62,466 nt of DNA, filler included, from Rhabdomonas costata (GCA_019059605.1; 38 parts of 38 records of this genome joined end to end with filler, not necessarily neighbours in it), one strand, 5' to 3'. Shown: positions 1 through 12,467, numbered from the whole stretch's first letter. A program made the numbers and translations. Notes: generated from the letters alone by a model not told the origin.

Positions 1-1428
1 GTGTTTGTTTGTTCCACGTGTTCGCATCTCCTTCGACGTTTCACCGCGGTCCCTTCCATTCGCGTATTCTTTGTTTCTTGTGAGTCCGCTATTAGCGAGC
101 GGAATTAGAGACCGCCTTGGCGGATTCCCGCCTTTTACATTTCCGGTGGCATTGAACAAGCTCGCAGTGATTAAGGGCCGGGGGTGCGACGACCCAAAGC
201 GAGCTTTCAAAAGAAAAAACAAGCCCCCACAAAAAACTAGTGTACATTGTATGTTTTGTTTCTAATGAAGACGTCCCCTTTTGCTCTTAGTTTCCGGGAG
301 ACGAAAGAGCAACCACCACAGAAAAAATAGTGTACATTGTATGATTAGAATGCTTCCATGGCATTAGCTTTACCCCATTCATGCTTTATGGTTGTGAAGC
401 CCACATTAGTGTATCGTACGCATAGCATCACCTTGATACAATAGTTTTTAAATAAATGCACGAACATGAGGCATTTACTGAGATATAGTAGGCTCCACCG
501 TAAACTGAGACTTTCGTCGCAGCAGTTCAAGCACTGTGTTTAGGGCTGAGCGGCATTAAATCAGGGCAGTCAGTGTGTCGGCTGATGTTTGGCGTTGAAG
601 GTGCACGCCGTCCACCCGAAACACGTCTATCTCATCTTCAAAACGACTGCTCCTGAGGCCGAAACTTCGCCTTTGCCCTGTGTACCTGAAAGCCTGAAAG
701 GACTGGAGATTTACTCCTAAAAAATCCCCGCGCCTTCGGCGCGCAAACCTCCTTTCCATTACCGTATTTTGCCTCCCAGGTCAAACCCTCATCTACGGGC
801 TGCGCTCATCTCCACGTACACTACATTTTTGAGACCAGCGGCATAAAAACAGGGTAAAAAGACTTCTGTTTCGAATGTTACAGACTAATCTCTCAGTTTT
901 GGGGTGGAGCTAGCCTTATAAAGATATGGGTGCTTACTTTGGAATAAACACACATCGGTGGGTTTTACAGCCTCGTACTTCACAACTTGATGCACATTCC
1001 ACACTAGCGTAATTGCAACTGCTATCAACAAAAGTATGACATCACCACCATGATGATGTTGATGACATGGATATAACACCACACACAATTGCACCACGAC
1101 ACCAACACATCAAACCATATGGCTATTAAACCACTACATACGACGTAACGTGATAACGTCATGAATATAACACTACACAAAACCGCCGCCGCCGCCGCCA
1201 CAGCGTTTAATTACAGGACTGACAGGACCGAGTTCATACTACATTTTCCAACCAACGGGGATGATATGGCCAGCCTGGTCTTAGTAAGCAACATGAATTG
1301 GGCAACACAAGAAACCAGAATCATGCCCGGCACAGTTCCCCAATAACGGCCATATGATCGGTAACACCAATGCAACAATTTAGTGTGTGAAGAAGTCCGG
1401 CTATTTATGTAAAGCGGCATCATTTACA

Positions 1429-1549
1429 CAAACAAACAAACAAACAAACAAACAAACAAACAAACAAACAAACAAACAAACAAACAAACAAACAAACAAA
1501 CAAACAAACAAACAAACAAACAAACAAACAAACAAACAAACAAACAAAC
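1429..1549 (+). repeat. (CAAA)n microsatellite, about 30 units
   Basis: Perfect tetranucleotide run next to the contig end. Confidence 0.98.
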
Positions 1550-1564
1550 GAACAAAAAACAAAC

Positions 1565-1664
1565 NNNNNNNNNNNNNNNNNNNNNNNNNNNNNNNNNNNN
1601 NNNNNNNNTTAATTAATTAANNNNNNNNNNNNNNNNNNNNNNNNNNNNNNNNNNNNNNNNNNNN
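1565..1664. other. Artificial contig linker N44-TTAATTAATTAA-N44 (first of 37, repeated about every 1645 bp; last at 60820-60919)
   Basis: Identical 100-nt spacer with a six-frame-stop core; intervening contigs are nearly all 1541-1550 bp (first 1564), typical of a length-sorted pseudo-scaffold. Confidence 0.99.
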
Positions 1665-2878
1665 GGTTGTTTTTTAGAGGAAGGTTTCAGATGCCAAAAA
1701 AGACTATAGTGAACACTATCGACATTTCTGGGTTACTCTCGTCTTTCAAAAGGCGATATTGAGCCAAAATAGACGATAATAGACACTTTCGTCTTGTTGA
1801 CCTCACTATCACCAGGTAGGGAGGGGGAACAGATCAAGCCCGTTTTTCGAAACCCAATACCCACAAACCAACAGAACTCCGCAGCCTATGACCTCTGTGG
1901 CGCCACGGCGTGGCCTCGGCATGTGTAATTTCCGTGATTCGAAATGTTCTGAGCTGGAACTTCATTATCGAGAAGCCAAAAGACCAAACACTCACGTATT
2001 TTTGAACCAGGGAGGGACTGACTAAGGCCCACTTGTCCAAACGCCAGCTACCGCTAATTCGGCATTCACCCTTTGCTTTCGGAGAAATCATAGAAAATTA
2101 ATTAATTTTGAAACGTACGGGGTGTGGTTTCTTCTATTCAGAGGGTCAACATCCTGACTGGGGACCCCCTTCCGGATCACTCCAGGGGGATCCCGCCCAA
2201 GCCGAGCTTCCCGCCCTCCCTGCGCCCCCACGCGGGGGGCTCTTCAGGCTCAGGGTAGTCAGGGTGGCAGTTGGTTGCCCCCACCCCTTCTCTCGTTCTC
2301 TCATTTGCCTTGCCTGCTCTGTATTACAGTGTGAGCTGCAGTCGCGTTGTAATTTCTTGCTCGTGCGCTGTGGATTTGCTAAGCTGCTTGTATCTTGAGT
2401 GTGCACTTGCATGTTTTTTTTCTTGTTCGTATCTTTGTCGTTTGCAAACCTGAAGTCACTTGGAGGGTGGTAAAAGCTTTTTGGTTCTGTTTAAAATCTT
2501 TGAGATGAACTGAAAAAGTCGATGCCGTTGGGACGCATTTTTGAGAATGCTCGCGCATTTGCGTTGCATCTGGAACCGAGGGCTTCCAGTTGTGAAATTT
2601 CCATCCCCCATCCCCCAGCCCGGCTGCTGGTTACGCTCTATAGGCCCACGGGTTTTCAGCTTGGTTTGGATGCCGCTATGGAACGCTTGGTTGAAAGGAG
2701 TATTTGGAGAAAGGCAGTGTCGTGTTTCCAATGAACAGTCACGGGCGAGAGAAGATCCTACAGACCCACATCACTCTTTGTTCCACAGCCCAATTGCGCA
2801 TTTTTCTCTTTTGGCGAAGACCGTGGTGTTGTGGACAAAGAACAAAGGGAAAGTTGGGAAGAGGCGGTGAAGGAGAAA

Positions 2879-3061
2879 ATGGCTTCCCCCTCCCCCGCCA
2901 ACGGGCCAGCGCTGGTGCTGGCGCTCCGCCGGCTGCAGGAGAAGTACGATGCGATCTACCGCAGCTGCGCTGTCCTGGCGGCAGGGTCCCCGCCTTCAGC
3001 TGTGCTCCCCTCTCTTGGGCAGACCCGCGTGGAGTTCCCCCCTGCAGCGACTGCAGCGACG
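2879..3061 (+). CDS. Probable first exon of an unknown protein (MASPSPANGPALVLALRRLQEKYDAIY...)
   Basis: ATG start, GC-rich coding-like codons, ends at a GT donor (ACG|GTGTCT); no recognisable domain. Confidence 0.4.
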
Positions 3062-3639
3062 GTGTCTGTGCCATGCCAACGAAACTTCTCTGAACCACAG
3101 CCTCTCTCGTTGGCACATGCTGCCGAAGCCATTGAATAGCTTCCGAAGTTGACCAAACGGTCTGGGTTCGGTTCGCCTGGGGGGGGACTTTACGTTTTCG
3201 TTCCTCCATGANNNNNNNNNNNNNNNNNNNNNNNNNNNNNNNNNNNNNNNNNNNNTTAATTAATTAANNNNNNNNNNNNNNNNNNNNNNNNNNNNNNNNN
3301 NNNNNNNNNNNGGGTGGGTTTTGTTTGTCGAACATGGACTCGTATAGGAGATGGGTCTCTGGCCGCGAGCGGATAAAATTCCTGTCCTGTTATTAATTAA
3401 TATTTTCTTTCAATTTTATTAATATTTTAATAATTTTAACAATAAGGAGTCACGAGCAAAGGGCATGCCCGCGCAAACGGGGTGCCAGGCCATCGCCCTG
3501 CCTGGGGCGAGTAAACAGGCAACAAAAACGGGGCTGTGTACAATTCTACAAGGCAGGTGGCCGGTTGACCGACTAACTCACTTGGGTGAGGAGAGAACGA
3601 GGGAGAGAGAGAGAACGCCGATAAACTGCAGTAAGAAGA

Positions 3640-3778
3640 GGGGGTGCAGAGGGTGGGGAAGTAGCCCGTACGGCGCGAGCCTCCCGCCAGTCTGCTTTTG
3701 AGAAGGGAGGGCGAACCCGTCGAAGACGGTCTCTATCCACTCCGCTGAAACTGAAACTGAAACTGAAACTGAAACTGA
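3640..3778. repeat. Dispersed repeat copy (similar to 30010-30101) followed by a (GAAACT)5 tract
   Basis: Shared core GCCTCC.GCCAG.CTGCTTTTGAGAAGGG...AACCCGT(G)CGAAGACGGTCTCT in two unrelated contigs. Confidence 0.8.
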
Positions 3779-5899
3779 GTGCACCAAACGGCAACGCACA
3801 GGGCAGACGAATCCAACAATCGAAACCCAAGTCCCAACCCAACGTCTCAAGGCTGAGTGCGGTTATGAGTGTGAAACCATTGAAATTATTAATATTATTT
3901 ATTAAAAAGTTTACTTCCACCAGTTGAGGGCTAAGCCGAAGCGGAGGCTCAGTGCTCAGTATTCCCCATTTTCGGGGGGGTGCTCACTGGTTGTTACGGA
4001 AGATGGCGCGTATGATGCAGAAACCTTGCATACCAGCATACAAATGCAATTCCAGTGCTTTGGAATCAACCTCCACGCATACTCTACCCCAGTTAAGGGC
4101 TCGCCATTCGGCCGCTCTTACCACACCAACTACCCAGGAAAAAAGCACATCCACCAACTTTCCCGAGTTACGGTTGGGCTGGCGTTGGGAGATTGGTTGC
4201 ACTCGAACAAGGTGACAGTCCGCAAACCGGAATTGCATCCAGTGCAGCACGTCGGTTTGTGTTACAGCACCACCCATTGGCTGGGTTGAACCGCCCTCAT
4301 TTGAGGTGGGGCCGATGCGGCAGTCCTGCGGCTATCTGCTTACTATCACTGCCCCGTAAAAGCCACAACCAGTGTCGCCGCCGCCGTCGACAAAGGGTTA
4401 GCGCTGTAGCCGCCGTTCAAGTGTATGGGAGCGTCTTCTGGATGTGCCTTTTCTTTGTTTCGTGGGTGGCGAAACGGCGGGCGGTCGCCAGGTTCGTCAT
4501 CCTGGACAAGCACGCGCTGCAACTGCAGTCAGTGGGAGGGCTTTTCGAGGCTGGCGTGGAGTCGCCCACAAGCCCGCGTTCTCCAGCATAAGTTCTCCTC
4601 TCTGTGGGACTTCGTAGGGTCCGTCTTGGGTCTTTTTTATATACAGCAGGCCTCCCGAAACGCTGCGTGGCCGGTCCTCCGACCTTTCACCCTCAGCCGG
4701 TTGTAGTGCCCCTTGGCGGCTCTTTCGTAACCCTTTTGCTCCGCTTCTTGCCCCACGCAGCGGAGGGTTTACGACAGCACCCACAACATGCTTTACAAGG
4801 AACCACCCACGCCGTAAGGGGCTCAGCAACTGGCTCGTGGCCGCCTGTAGCCACAAAAANNNNNNNNNNNNNNNNNNNNNNNNNNNNNNNNNNNNNNNNN
4901 NNNTTAATTAATTAANNNNNNNNNNNNNNNNNNNNNNNNNNNNNNNNNNNNNNNNNNNNTCGTTTCAGGTTCTGTTTCCACTTGCAGGTCATGCGGAGTA
5001 CGAGGTCTTTCCAGTATTATTGACATGCACCACTACGACTCACTGGGCCTTTCCCACCTGCTACAGCGTAGCGTAGAACACATGTCTGTGTCGTTGGTTT
5101 GCTTTCCAGGCCACGCGCAGCTCATCACTGCGTGGATGTCCTCGATCTTTGTATTTGCAAGCAAAGCATTCGTTCGATTGTGATTGTAATTATTAGAGAT
5201 GGTCTGCATTTATTGCCGGGTTGATGCCGCCGTTTCCGACTGATCACATGCTGAATGTCCATATTTTGTAGATTATACAGGTTTCTTGGGTTATGGGGTT
5301 GCTATTGAACAGGCAGACTTCTTCCAAAAACCCGCGGAGAGGGCGTGTTATCTTGCTGTGTTGAGGCTTGTTTCAGCCGTTTCAGCCTGGTTTCCACCTT
5401 AGTTTGTTAAATTCATGAATGGGCGTATGGTTGGCATAGCGTGAATATGCGTCGCATAGCAAACGTCACACGTTGGAACAATGCTCCCATGCTGCACCGA
5501 GCTATACCGAGGTATTTTCTCCTTCGACAACAAGGTATTTTTTATACCTTTTTTTTATATATCCGGTCACTAACAAGAACCTAACAAGAACCCTGGCAGT
5601 TTACGGTTAGGATTCTTATTTGGGTCCATACAGGTGGGCCATGGGACCCTCACCAATGGTGGGGGCCAAACTGGAAATGAGGAGGTGGGACCGTCAATTT
5701 TAAAATTGCATTTCGCTCTTAACAGTGTCGTTTTTAGTTCAGCTGATATCAGTGCAATCGTGTAGGTAATGCTTTTCTCTCCCTTCCATCCAGCTCATCA
5801 TTTCACATACCGTTTTTGTGTCCACCTCTGTGAACCACGTCGGCGCTCCCCTCCCCATTTCCAAAGCTGTTCGAGCTGAGGAGAGGTTTGGTGACTCGA

Positions 5900-6172
5900 T
5901 GTCTTCCAACGGGATGTCGCCGCTCACTGCGGGGCCACAAAATGCTCAGGCTTCTGCTTCTGCCTTGGCTCCTTCGGGGTCTTCCTTGATGGACGATGCT
6001 AACAAACAATATCTGCGAGGCATGTTGCTCTGCGAGTTTTGTTTTCATGGTGTAAGCAGTCTTTTTTATTCTTTTGTCCGTCCATTGATGGGTGAAATTT
6101 TCAGAGCATGGGATCCCTGTGCTGTTCGACGCGATGCTCCGCGGCCTTCTTCGCCACAAACCTGAAGATGAG
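5900..6172 (+). CDS. RIIa/Dpy-30-like dimerisation/docking domain protein; exons ..6019 and 6105-6172, start uncertain
   Basis: Removing GC-AG intron 6020-6104 gives ANKQYLREHGIPVLFDAMLRGLLRHKPEDE, matching the D/D pattern YL..H.IP.LF..L...LL...P.D. Confidence 0.7.
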
Positions 6173-7020
6173 GCGTGCATTATCGCCCATTTTTCTATTC
6201 CTTCCATTATTTTTGACCTTTGTTGCTTTTGTTTTTTTTATGCATCTTTAGTCAATTGCAATTGCAGTGCTTTTTCTTGCATTATTCCTGTAAAATGATG
6301 GGGAAAGCTATTGGTCCCCTCCTCCCACTTGAGCGAAAAAGCGCGAGAACACCCCAGGTTGCCCCACCTGGACCTGCTCGCCTCTTTCATGCGAAGCTCC
6401 AGGGAGGAGGGCTCCTGTGCGTTTACTAATCTGAGTCCACGGTGGCGGACGTACACCCTTGCACGATCCAGAAAACGAATGTATCGTCCCCCCCCCACAA
6501 ACCCNNNNNNNNNNNNNNNNNNNNNNNNNNNNNNNNNNNNNNNNNNNNTTAATTAATTAANNNNNNNNNNNNNNNNNNNNNNNNNNNNNNNNNNNNNNNN
6601 NNNNCTGTCACGGCATGGGGACCGGTGAAATGCAGCCCGAGACCAGGCCAGACGAGGACGGACGCGACTGCTCGTTGGCGCTTTCGAGGCGCGTCTGTGG
6701 GGTGGGAATGGGGTGGGGGCTGTTATCTGTGCTGTTATCAGCAAACCTTGGTTAAGATAGCAAATGTTACCGAGAGAATCTTGGGTGGACGTTTTGTCGC
6801 GAAGTGAGCACATATTCACCACATGGAGCGGGTCACATCATGGACAATCTATATGTAAGACCCTAGTGGTGCATCGCTAACCAAACCCCCGCGAGACCAT
6901 GTAGTTTCTTCTAGGCCCCAACTCGCGACGGGATTGGGCTGAGCTCCGCTTCGGCGCATTGGTGGTGGAGGTTCCTCAGCTTCCTCCTCGATCTCCATAT
7001 CATCGGCAACCAACTTGTTT

Positions 7021-7790
7021 TCTTTTACTCGCGAAGTGTCCCCTCCGTCGGCAGTTGAAGCATTCGGCGTTCTGAGATGACCCGCGTATCGGTGGTGACG
7101 CAGTCCGTTGCCACATCCGGGTGATTTTGGGTCCCGACTCCTGACCGGAGGGTGGGCCCAACTCATTTGGTTGATTTGCCGGTTGATACGTTGTCGTGGG
7201 CGGTGTTTGACCTCGTCCACGTCCACCTGAAGGCCAACCGCGGCCACCGCACAGGCTGTAGCCGCTCCCATACCCATTTCTGGGGAGGGATGTCGAAAAC
7301 CTTGTGGGAAGCTGTCCGGTGTACTGGTTTGGCACGATGCTGGAACCAGCCGTAGGTTGTCCGATGGTTATAGGCCCTCGGGTTCACCTGTATTGGATAA
7401 GCTGGTTGACTTCTTCAACTCGTACGACAAATGTCCATAAAACTCAGGTGCGTAACGGAGTGCTGCTGTCGACAGTGGGCCTTCTCTGGCGTTTGCTGTT
7501 GCATCGGTTCTTTTGAACTTCGAGAAACTGCTGATTCTGACTTGTGATGAACAGGCCAGACTCTTCGGAGAAAATCTCGAGCTTTTTGTGAATATCGGTA
7601 AGTTAGCTTGTTCGAAGTATCTCTTCCAGGGAGTGGTCGGGCCTAGATGGCCCGCCCGAGCCAACTCGAGGGCTTAATTCAGCGTCGTCGGCTTGCCTTT
7701 TCCGACCAGAAAACCAAGGTGCGCATTCTGATCTTTAATGAATGCAATGAGGAGTGCCTTTTTATCGACTGCTTTGAGGTGTTGTCGGTT
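7021..7790 (-). mobile_element. Decayed LTR retrotransposon (Ty3/gypsy-like) gag remnant
   Basis: Capsid C-terminal-like ALLIAFIKDQNAHLGFLVGKGKPTTLN*ALELA with an in-frame stop, then a degenerate zinc knuckle CFNCRRRGHFASK (7021-7062, last Cys lost); interrupted reading frames. Confidence 0.65.
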
Positions 7791-9207
7791 GGCCTGAAAT
7801 TGGGAGAAGAAGGTGCGGGTGAAGGGGATTTGATGTTGGTCGGAGCGTCACATACGGTCCAGAGACAGGTTGTAAGCTCCGACGTACCGAATCCACCACT
7901 GCCGGGCTTGGGTGTTAGTCATCGAGTCCGCCGGGATACCCATGATCCTTCAGTCTCCGACCCTGTATGTACATCGCCTTCAACGGCATCTCTTGTTCAC
8001 AAAAACACCCCTGAAAATAGATCACAAAGCACCACGCATGCCATACAAAAAACCGGTTACAAGGATTCGGGTGCGCCTCGCGGTTTCTTTTTTATTTTCA
8101 TCTTGTTCATGTTGTGGTATATAGGCCCTTGCTTTTGGGTGCACCGCAAAANNNNNNNNNNNNNNNNNNNNNNNNNNNNNNNNNNNNNNNNNNNNTTAAT
8201 TAATTAANNNNNNNNNNNNNNNNNNNNNNNNNNNNNNNNNNNNNNNNNNNNGTGGTTGGGTTGAGCACTTGAGTGCAGTCTGGCTTGCCGTTTATGACTG
8301 GACTGTTCGTGACATGGGGAGTGCTGGGAACCTGCAGGGCTGGTCACGGCACAGGAGTTTGGGAAAGTGGGAAGCAGAAAAGAGTCTATGATGGGAATCA
8401 GTGTAGCATGTTTGTGACATAGGTCGTGGAGGCCTGCAATAGCACAATTGAGTTCGATTACCTGGGATACGGCTCGCAGCGCATGGTGGGATATTTTTAC
8501 CTCAAGGGAATCTACAGTGACCTTTTTCCTGCGCTGTGATATGCGCATCTCGTCCCTTTCTTCTATCGCGCCGTTTTTTAGCCTGTTTTCTTTGCTTCTC
8601 TTGTTTTCCACCCCCTGTGTGTCAAGGGCGTGTTGATTGAAATGGAAAAGATTGATCTTCCTTTTCTGCGCACTTAAAATGCCTGTGTTTTCTGGTTGTT
8701 CACCATTCATGCAAAGGGTTGGAGGTATCTCTCCAACCGGTAAGTGGAATTTTTCTTTCGCACTGTGCCCCGCTTGGTGGTGACTGCCACGGTAGATTAC
8801 CAAACTTGTTGAGCACATGGAGTGTCGTTTTCTTTTGAATCCCACTGGCAATTTCTTTGATGGCATCTGCGTCGAGTGGGGAGAGAATAAATCATGCTCA
8901 CACCGAAATGGTATGAACTTCGAATATAATTGGATGCAACGAGGTTTTTCAACAAGACTGGAATCGATAATTTTTCGGCTTGACAACTCATCTGTCGATC
9001 AGTGTCAGTATGGTGCTGCACATGCGAGCCCCAATCCTATGCGCCGCCGGGCGACCCTGAACCTTGATTTTGGCATTCCGTCGGCACTTGAGTGCTTCTC
9101 GTTCACCTGAGCGCTTGTGCCCAATGCTAACTGTAACAGTTAATTTATGTCATTGCAGCCACAGGAGAGGGGTCAACCCTCCCTCTCTTCTTCATTGCTT
9201 CGTCAAA

Positions 9208-9359
9208 ATGGCGTGGCAGCGAAGGGTGTGCGCGCTTGCCGTGGTCGTTGTGCTCTCATTTGCCCTGGTGTGGCCTTCCAGCAGTCCGCCCCCCACCGCT
9301 CTCGAGAAGAATCCGGCGGATAATTCCGCCGCAGGCATCGGTGCGACGGAGAAACGAAG
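9208..9359 (+). CDS. First exon of a type II membrane or secreted protein
   Basis: MAWQRRVCALAVVVVLSFALVWPSS: short basic N-terminus plus hydrophobic anchor and Pro/Ser stem; GT donor at 9360. Confidence 0.5.
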
Positions 9360-10691
9360 GTATTCTTTCCTTTTCTTCTCAGCAGACGACCTTTTCTCTC
9401 TGCACCTTCGCCCGTACCCGGAGAACATACATCGGTGGTGTGTGCAGCGTCATTGGGTTTCGCTCGTTCTGAATGCTCCGTTGCCTCACGAAATTGTTAT
9501 CGTTCTTGATGGTATAAACCCTTTGCAGTGCTCTTGTACGGTTTGGGCAGAATATGATGATGGATCGGATATCCCGATATCTACACACAGAGAGTCGGAA
9601 CGTACCAGAAAAGGGAGCCCACGAGCTCCGCTGAGCACAGCACATGTTCTAGGTTCCTCGGAAAACAGAGCGGAAAAAGGCAGCTGGCTGTTTTAAAACG
9701 TTGAACACCTGCTATTGTTGCCCTTCCCACTCCTCCTCATTCTTTGAATAGTGCGAGACAATTACGCAATGGTGAAAACGACACCACCGTGCACCAACNN
9801 NNNNNNNNNNNNNNNNNNNNNNNNNNNNNNNNNNNNNNNNNNTTAATTAATTAANNNNNNNNNNNNNNNNNNNNNNNNNNNNNNNNNNNNNNNNNNNNTG
9901 TTTTTTGGGATCACCTTCATCCGCGGAAAACCCCCCGCACATCACACATCACACGCATCTTCGGCCGCATTTGTATTTTATTTGGTGTGCCTTTCCTCTG
10001 TGTTCAAAATGGTTCCGGGAACCGCGTCCGCTGCGATGCTTAGAAGGACTTGACTTGACCTGACTTACAAGCACGTGACCTCAGACGTGAGCCAGGTAGT
10101 TCCGTTCCTGGGATCTACAGGGCGAGGAGGGACGTGGAGGGCGAAGCATTTCTCTGCACCAAACCGGAAGCCCATCCAACGGCAGGGACTTCAGCCACCC
10201 TGGGCATTAACATTCCACCGTCTGATAAGCTGATGGTTTTTGACGTGGGGCGCGAGCGGACTGGTAACTGAGCCTGAGGTAACCTCCTTCTGGGACGTGA
10301 TCTCCAACGCCAAACTTGGCGTTGCTACCTCGACACGTCAGCACTCTCACCTCGGGGGCGAAGCGGGCATGTCCGATAGGCCAGGATTGCCTTACCCGGA
10401 CCCTCGGCATCCCTCTCCCGGCACCAAACTACCCCCTCCTCCCCGCTGAAAGCCCACTGCCTGACATGAGCAGCAGATTAGTTGCGTTTGCCGCTGGGCT
10501 GTCAGCAGCCGTCATTTCCTTCTGTTCTGCCGCGGGAGCATTGTCCCTGTACCGGTCTGTCGGAAGCCCGCACGAGGAAGCCACACACACAGTTGAGTTC
10601 ACCCTCCTCGTAGGTGTTCATATCAGCACCGTTACTTCCAATAAAAAAGCAAAACTGGCCGTTGAAACACATGCATGCTGGTTTTTTTCAG

Positions 10692-11202
10692 CCGCCAGGG
10701 CCGGACATCTTGGCGGGCCACTCCAAGGCGCACTGCACGGAGGCGGCCCTTTTCGGCAACCGCCCGCTCTTCCCGAGGAAGACGAAGCTCACGGTATGAG
10801 CTTCTGTTGACGTCTTCGGACGTCACCTTTCAACTGTTAGGCAGTCGCCGCAACTGAATGAATGAACTAATGCATGAATGAAATGATATCATCTCCTTCA
10901 AAACGGCAAGCCGGCATATCCCCAGAGAAATTAGCGAAGTGAAGCCACCGATTCTGTTTGTCTTCGTGTGCTGTTCTCGGAACAGGATACGTGATTACCA
11001 CGTTCTTAGCTTTCGGAGGATGGGAGGGGGCGTTCAACAAGAAAGCAGGATATATACTGTGAATCTCCTCCTTTCCTCTATTACATGAGTATCTCAATGT
11101 GCGGTTCCAGGTCGAGGAGCAGAAAAAGAGTGTTGCCAGGCTCACCGAACCTCCGGTCGAAACATTCCGGGACCCTGTGTTGGAGCCTCCACCAAAGCTC
11201 AA
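10692..11202 (+). CDS. Unknown protein, internal exons 10692-10793 and 11111-11202
   Basis: CAG|...|GTATGA and CAG|...|GTATGC boundaries join in frame (..PRKTKLT/VEEQKKSVARL..). Confidence 0.55.
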
Positions 11203-11778
11203 GTATGCGTCTGTACCCTGCGCACGATTCTCAAAGGCGCGCTTGCGTAGCACGCCTGGAGCCTTCATCAGTCCTGTCCGTTCAGAAACATGAACACATC
11301 AGATCAGATGTTAGAAACGGGGGTCGAGGGTGCCAGTTCTCGACCGAATTTCAACGCTGGTAACTGTCCTCCTCTGAAGTTCGCCCTTGAGTCACTTGCC
11401 TTTCGGCCCGGTCAACGTCGGCCAGAACTTCACGACCCACCAACNNNNNNNNNNNNNNNNNNNNNNNNNNNNNNNNNNNNNNNNNNNNTTAATTAATTAA
11501 NNNNNNNNNNNNNNNNNNNNNNNNNNNNNNNNNNNNNNNNNNNNGGTGTTTGTGAGATGTGCGAGATGCGGAGTGACGACGTGATGGGTGAATACGGGCT
11601 GTGGTTGAGGTGGGGGAATTGTAAGAAAAGAGGAAGAGAGAGAGAGAGCGTTGCACCTGTTGCTGGGGTGCCGAGTGTACTGCGTGCAGTCGCCGAGCTG
11701 GCGGGCTCTCCGGAATGGGCTCCCACCGCAGGGCTGGCCGCGGTGGGGGGAGGAGAGGTCCCTCCAACCCCTCCACCA

Positions 11779-12467
11779 GTGGCCTTGCGCATCCACGAGC
11801 TGCAGGCGTTGCGCTCACGGAGGTACTTTTCCTTCATCTCGCCAAACTTGGCCTCCCTGTTGTTCAAAGTGGGGCCTGGCGGCTGGCCTTGTTTCTGATC
11901 TCCTTGGCTCGTTGATAATTCGAACTGACTTACCGTAAAAAAGTCACGCAGGCCTTTCGACCCATTACCGGAAGCGACATCTGCTCAGAGCCCCAGGTTT
12001 TCATACAAATCAAACCGAGCTTGGAAGGCTTGGCGCTGAGTCGGAGCTGTCTGCTGTCAATTACCTCCAAGCAGGTGCAAAGCAAGGACAGAAATCGCAT
12101 GGACATGCGTTTCCACTGTTGTCTGCAGCTTCTTGTTTCGTTCGCTTTCGCGCTCGTGCTAGGGAAGGAGGGGGCTGAACGTGAATGCCAGGTCACTGAG
12201 GTGATCGAATAAAAAACGGGAAAGAAAAGACCCGCCTGGTATTTCAAGTGCATGACCTACGGCACGGGGCCGATGGGTTGCAGACAATGGAAAGTGACAT
12301 GCAGACAGACAGGGCAGAAGCAGCGGGGTGAACGGGGGCTCGCACCACTCTGTGTGCTTCTTTCGGTAAAACTCGACGGACTGCTGGAGTGTGGTGATTT
12401 GCGCAGCCTTGTCCATGAGCTCCTGCTTCAGCTCGTGAATCTCCGCTCGCAGGGAGCGGACCAGGGC
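11779..12467 (-). CDS. Coiled-coil protein, internal exons (12346-12467 and about 11779-11880); exon joins unresolved
   Basis: ALVRSLRAEIHELKQELMDKAAQITTLQQSVEFY and LNNREAKFGEMKEKYLRER have heptad-like composition and are flanked by AG/GT. Confidence 0.5.

Noticed and set aside
226-343. Direct repeat CCACA.AAAA.(.)TAGTGTACATTGTATG flanking CTAATGA...GACGAAA, resembling a hammerhead core
   Set aside because: The core reads CTAATGA rather than CTGANGA, and no stems I/III or cleavage triplet can be built; it is just a short local duplication.
1609-1620. Regularly spaced identical TTAATTAATTAA with constant-length intervals, superficially array-like
   Set aside because: Embedded in N runs; it is a scaffolding linker, not a CRISPR or biological repeat.
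1387-1620. ORF with TNKQ repeats
   Set aside because: Translation of the (CAAA)n microsatellite running into the linker.
1774-1787. Minus-strand AGTGTCTATT resembling part of the euglenid spliced leader
   Set aside because: Only about 10 nt match; no T-run/CG-GT donor context or SL RNA structure.
8252-8986. Long minus-strand ORF (listed as 260 aa)
   Set aside because: No recognisable motif or coding-like bias, and it extends into the linker; cannot be supported.
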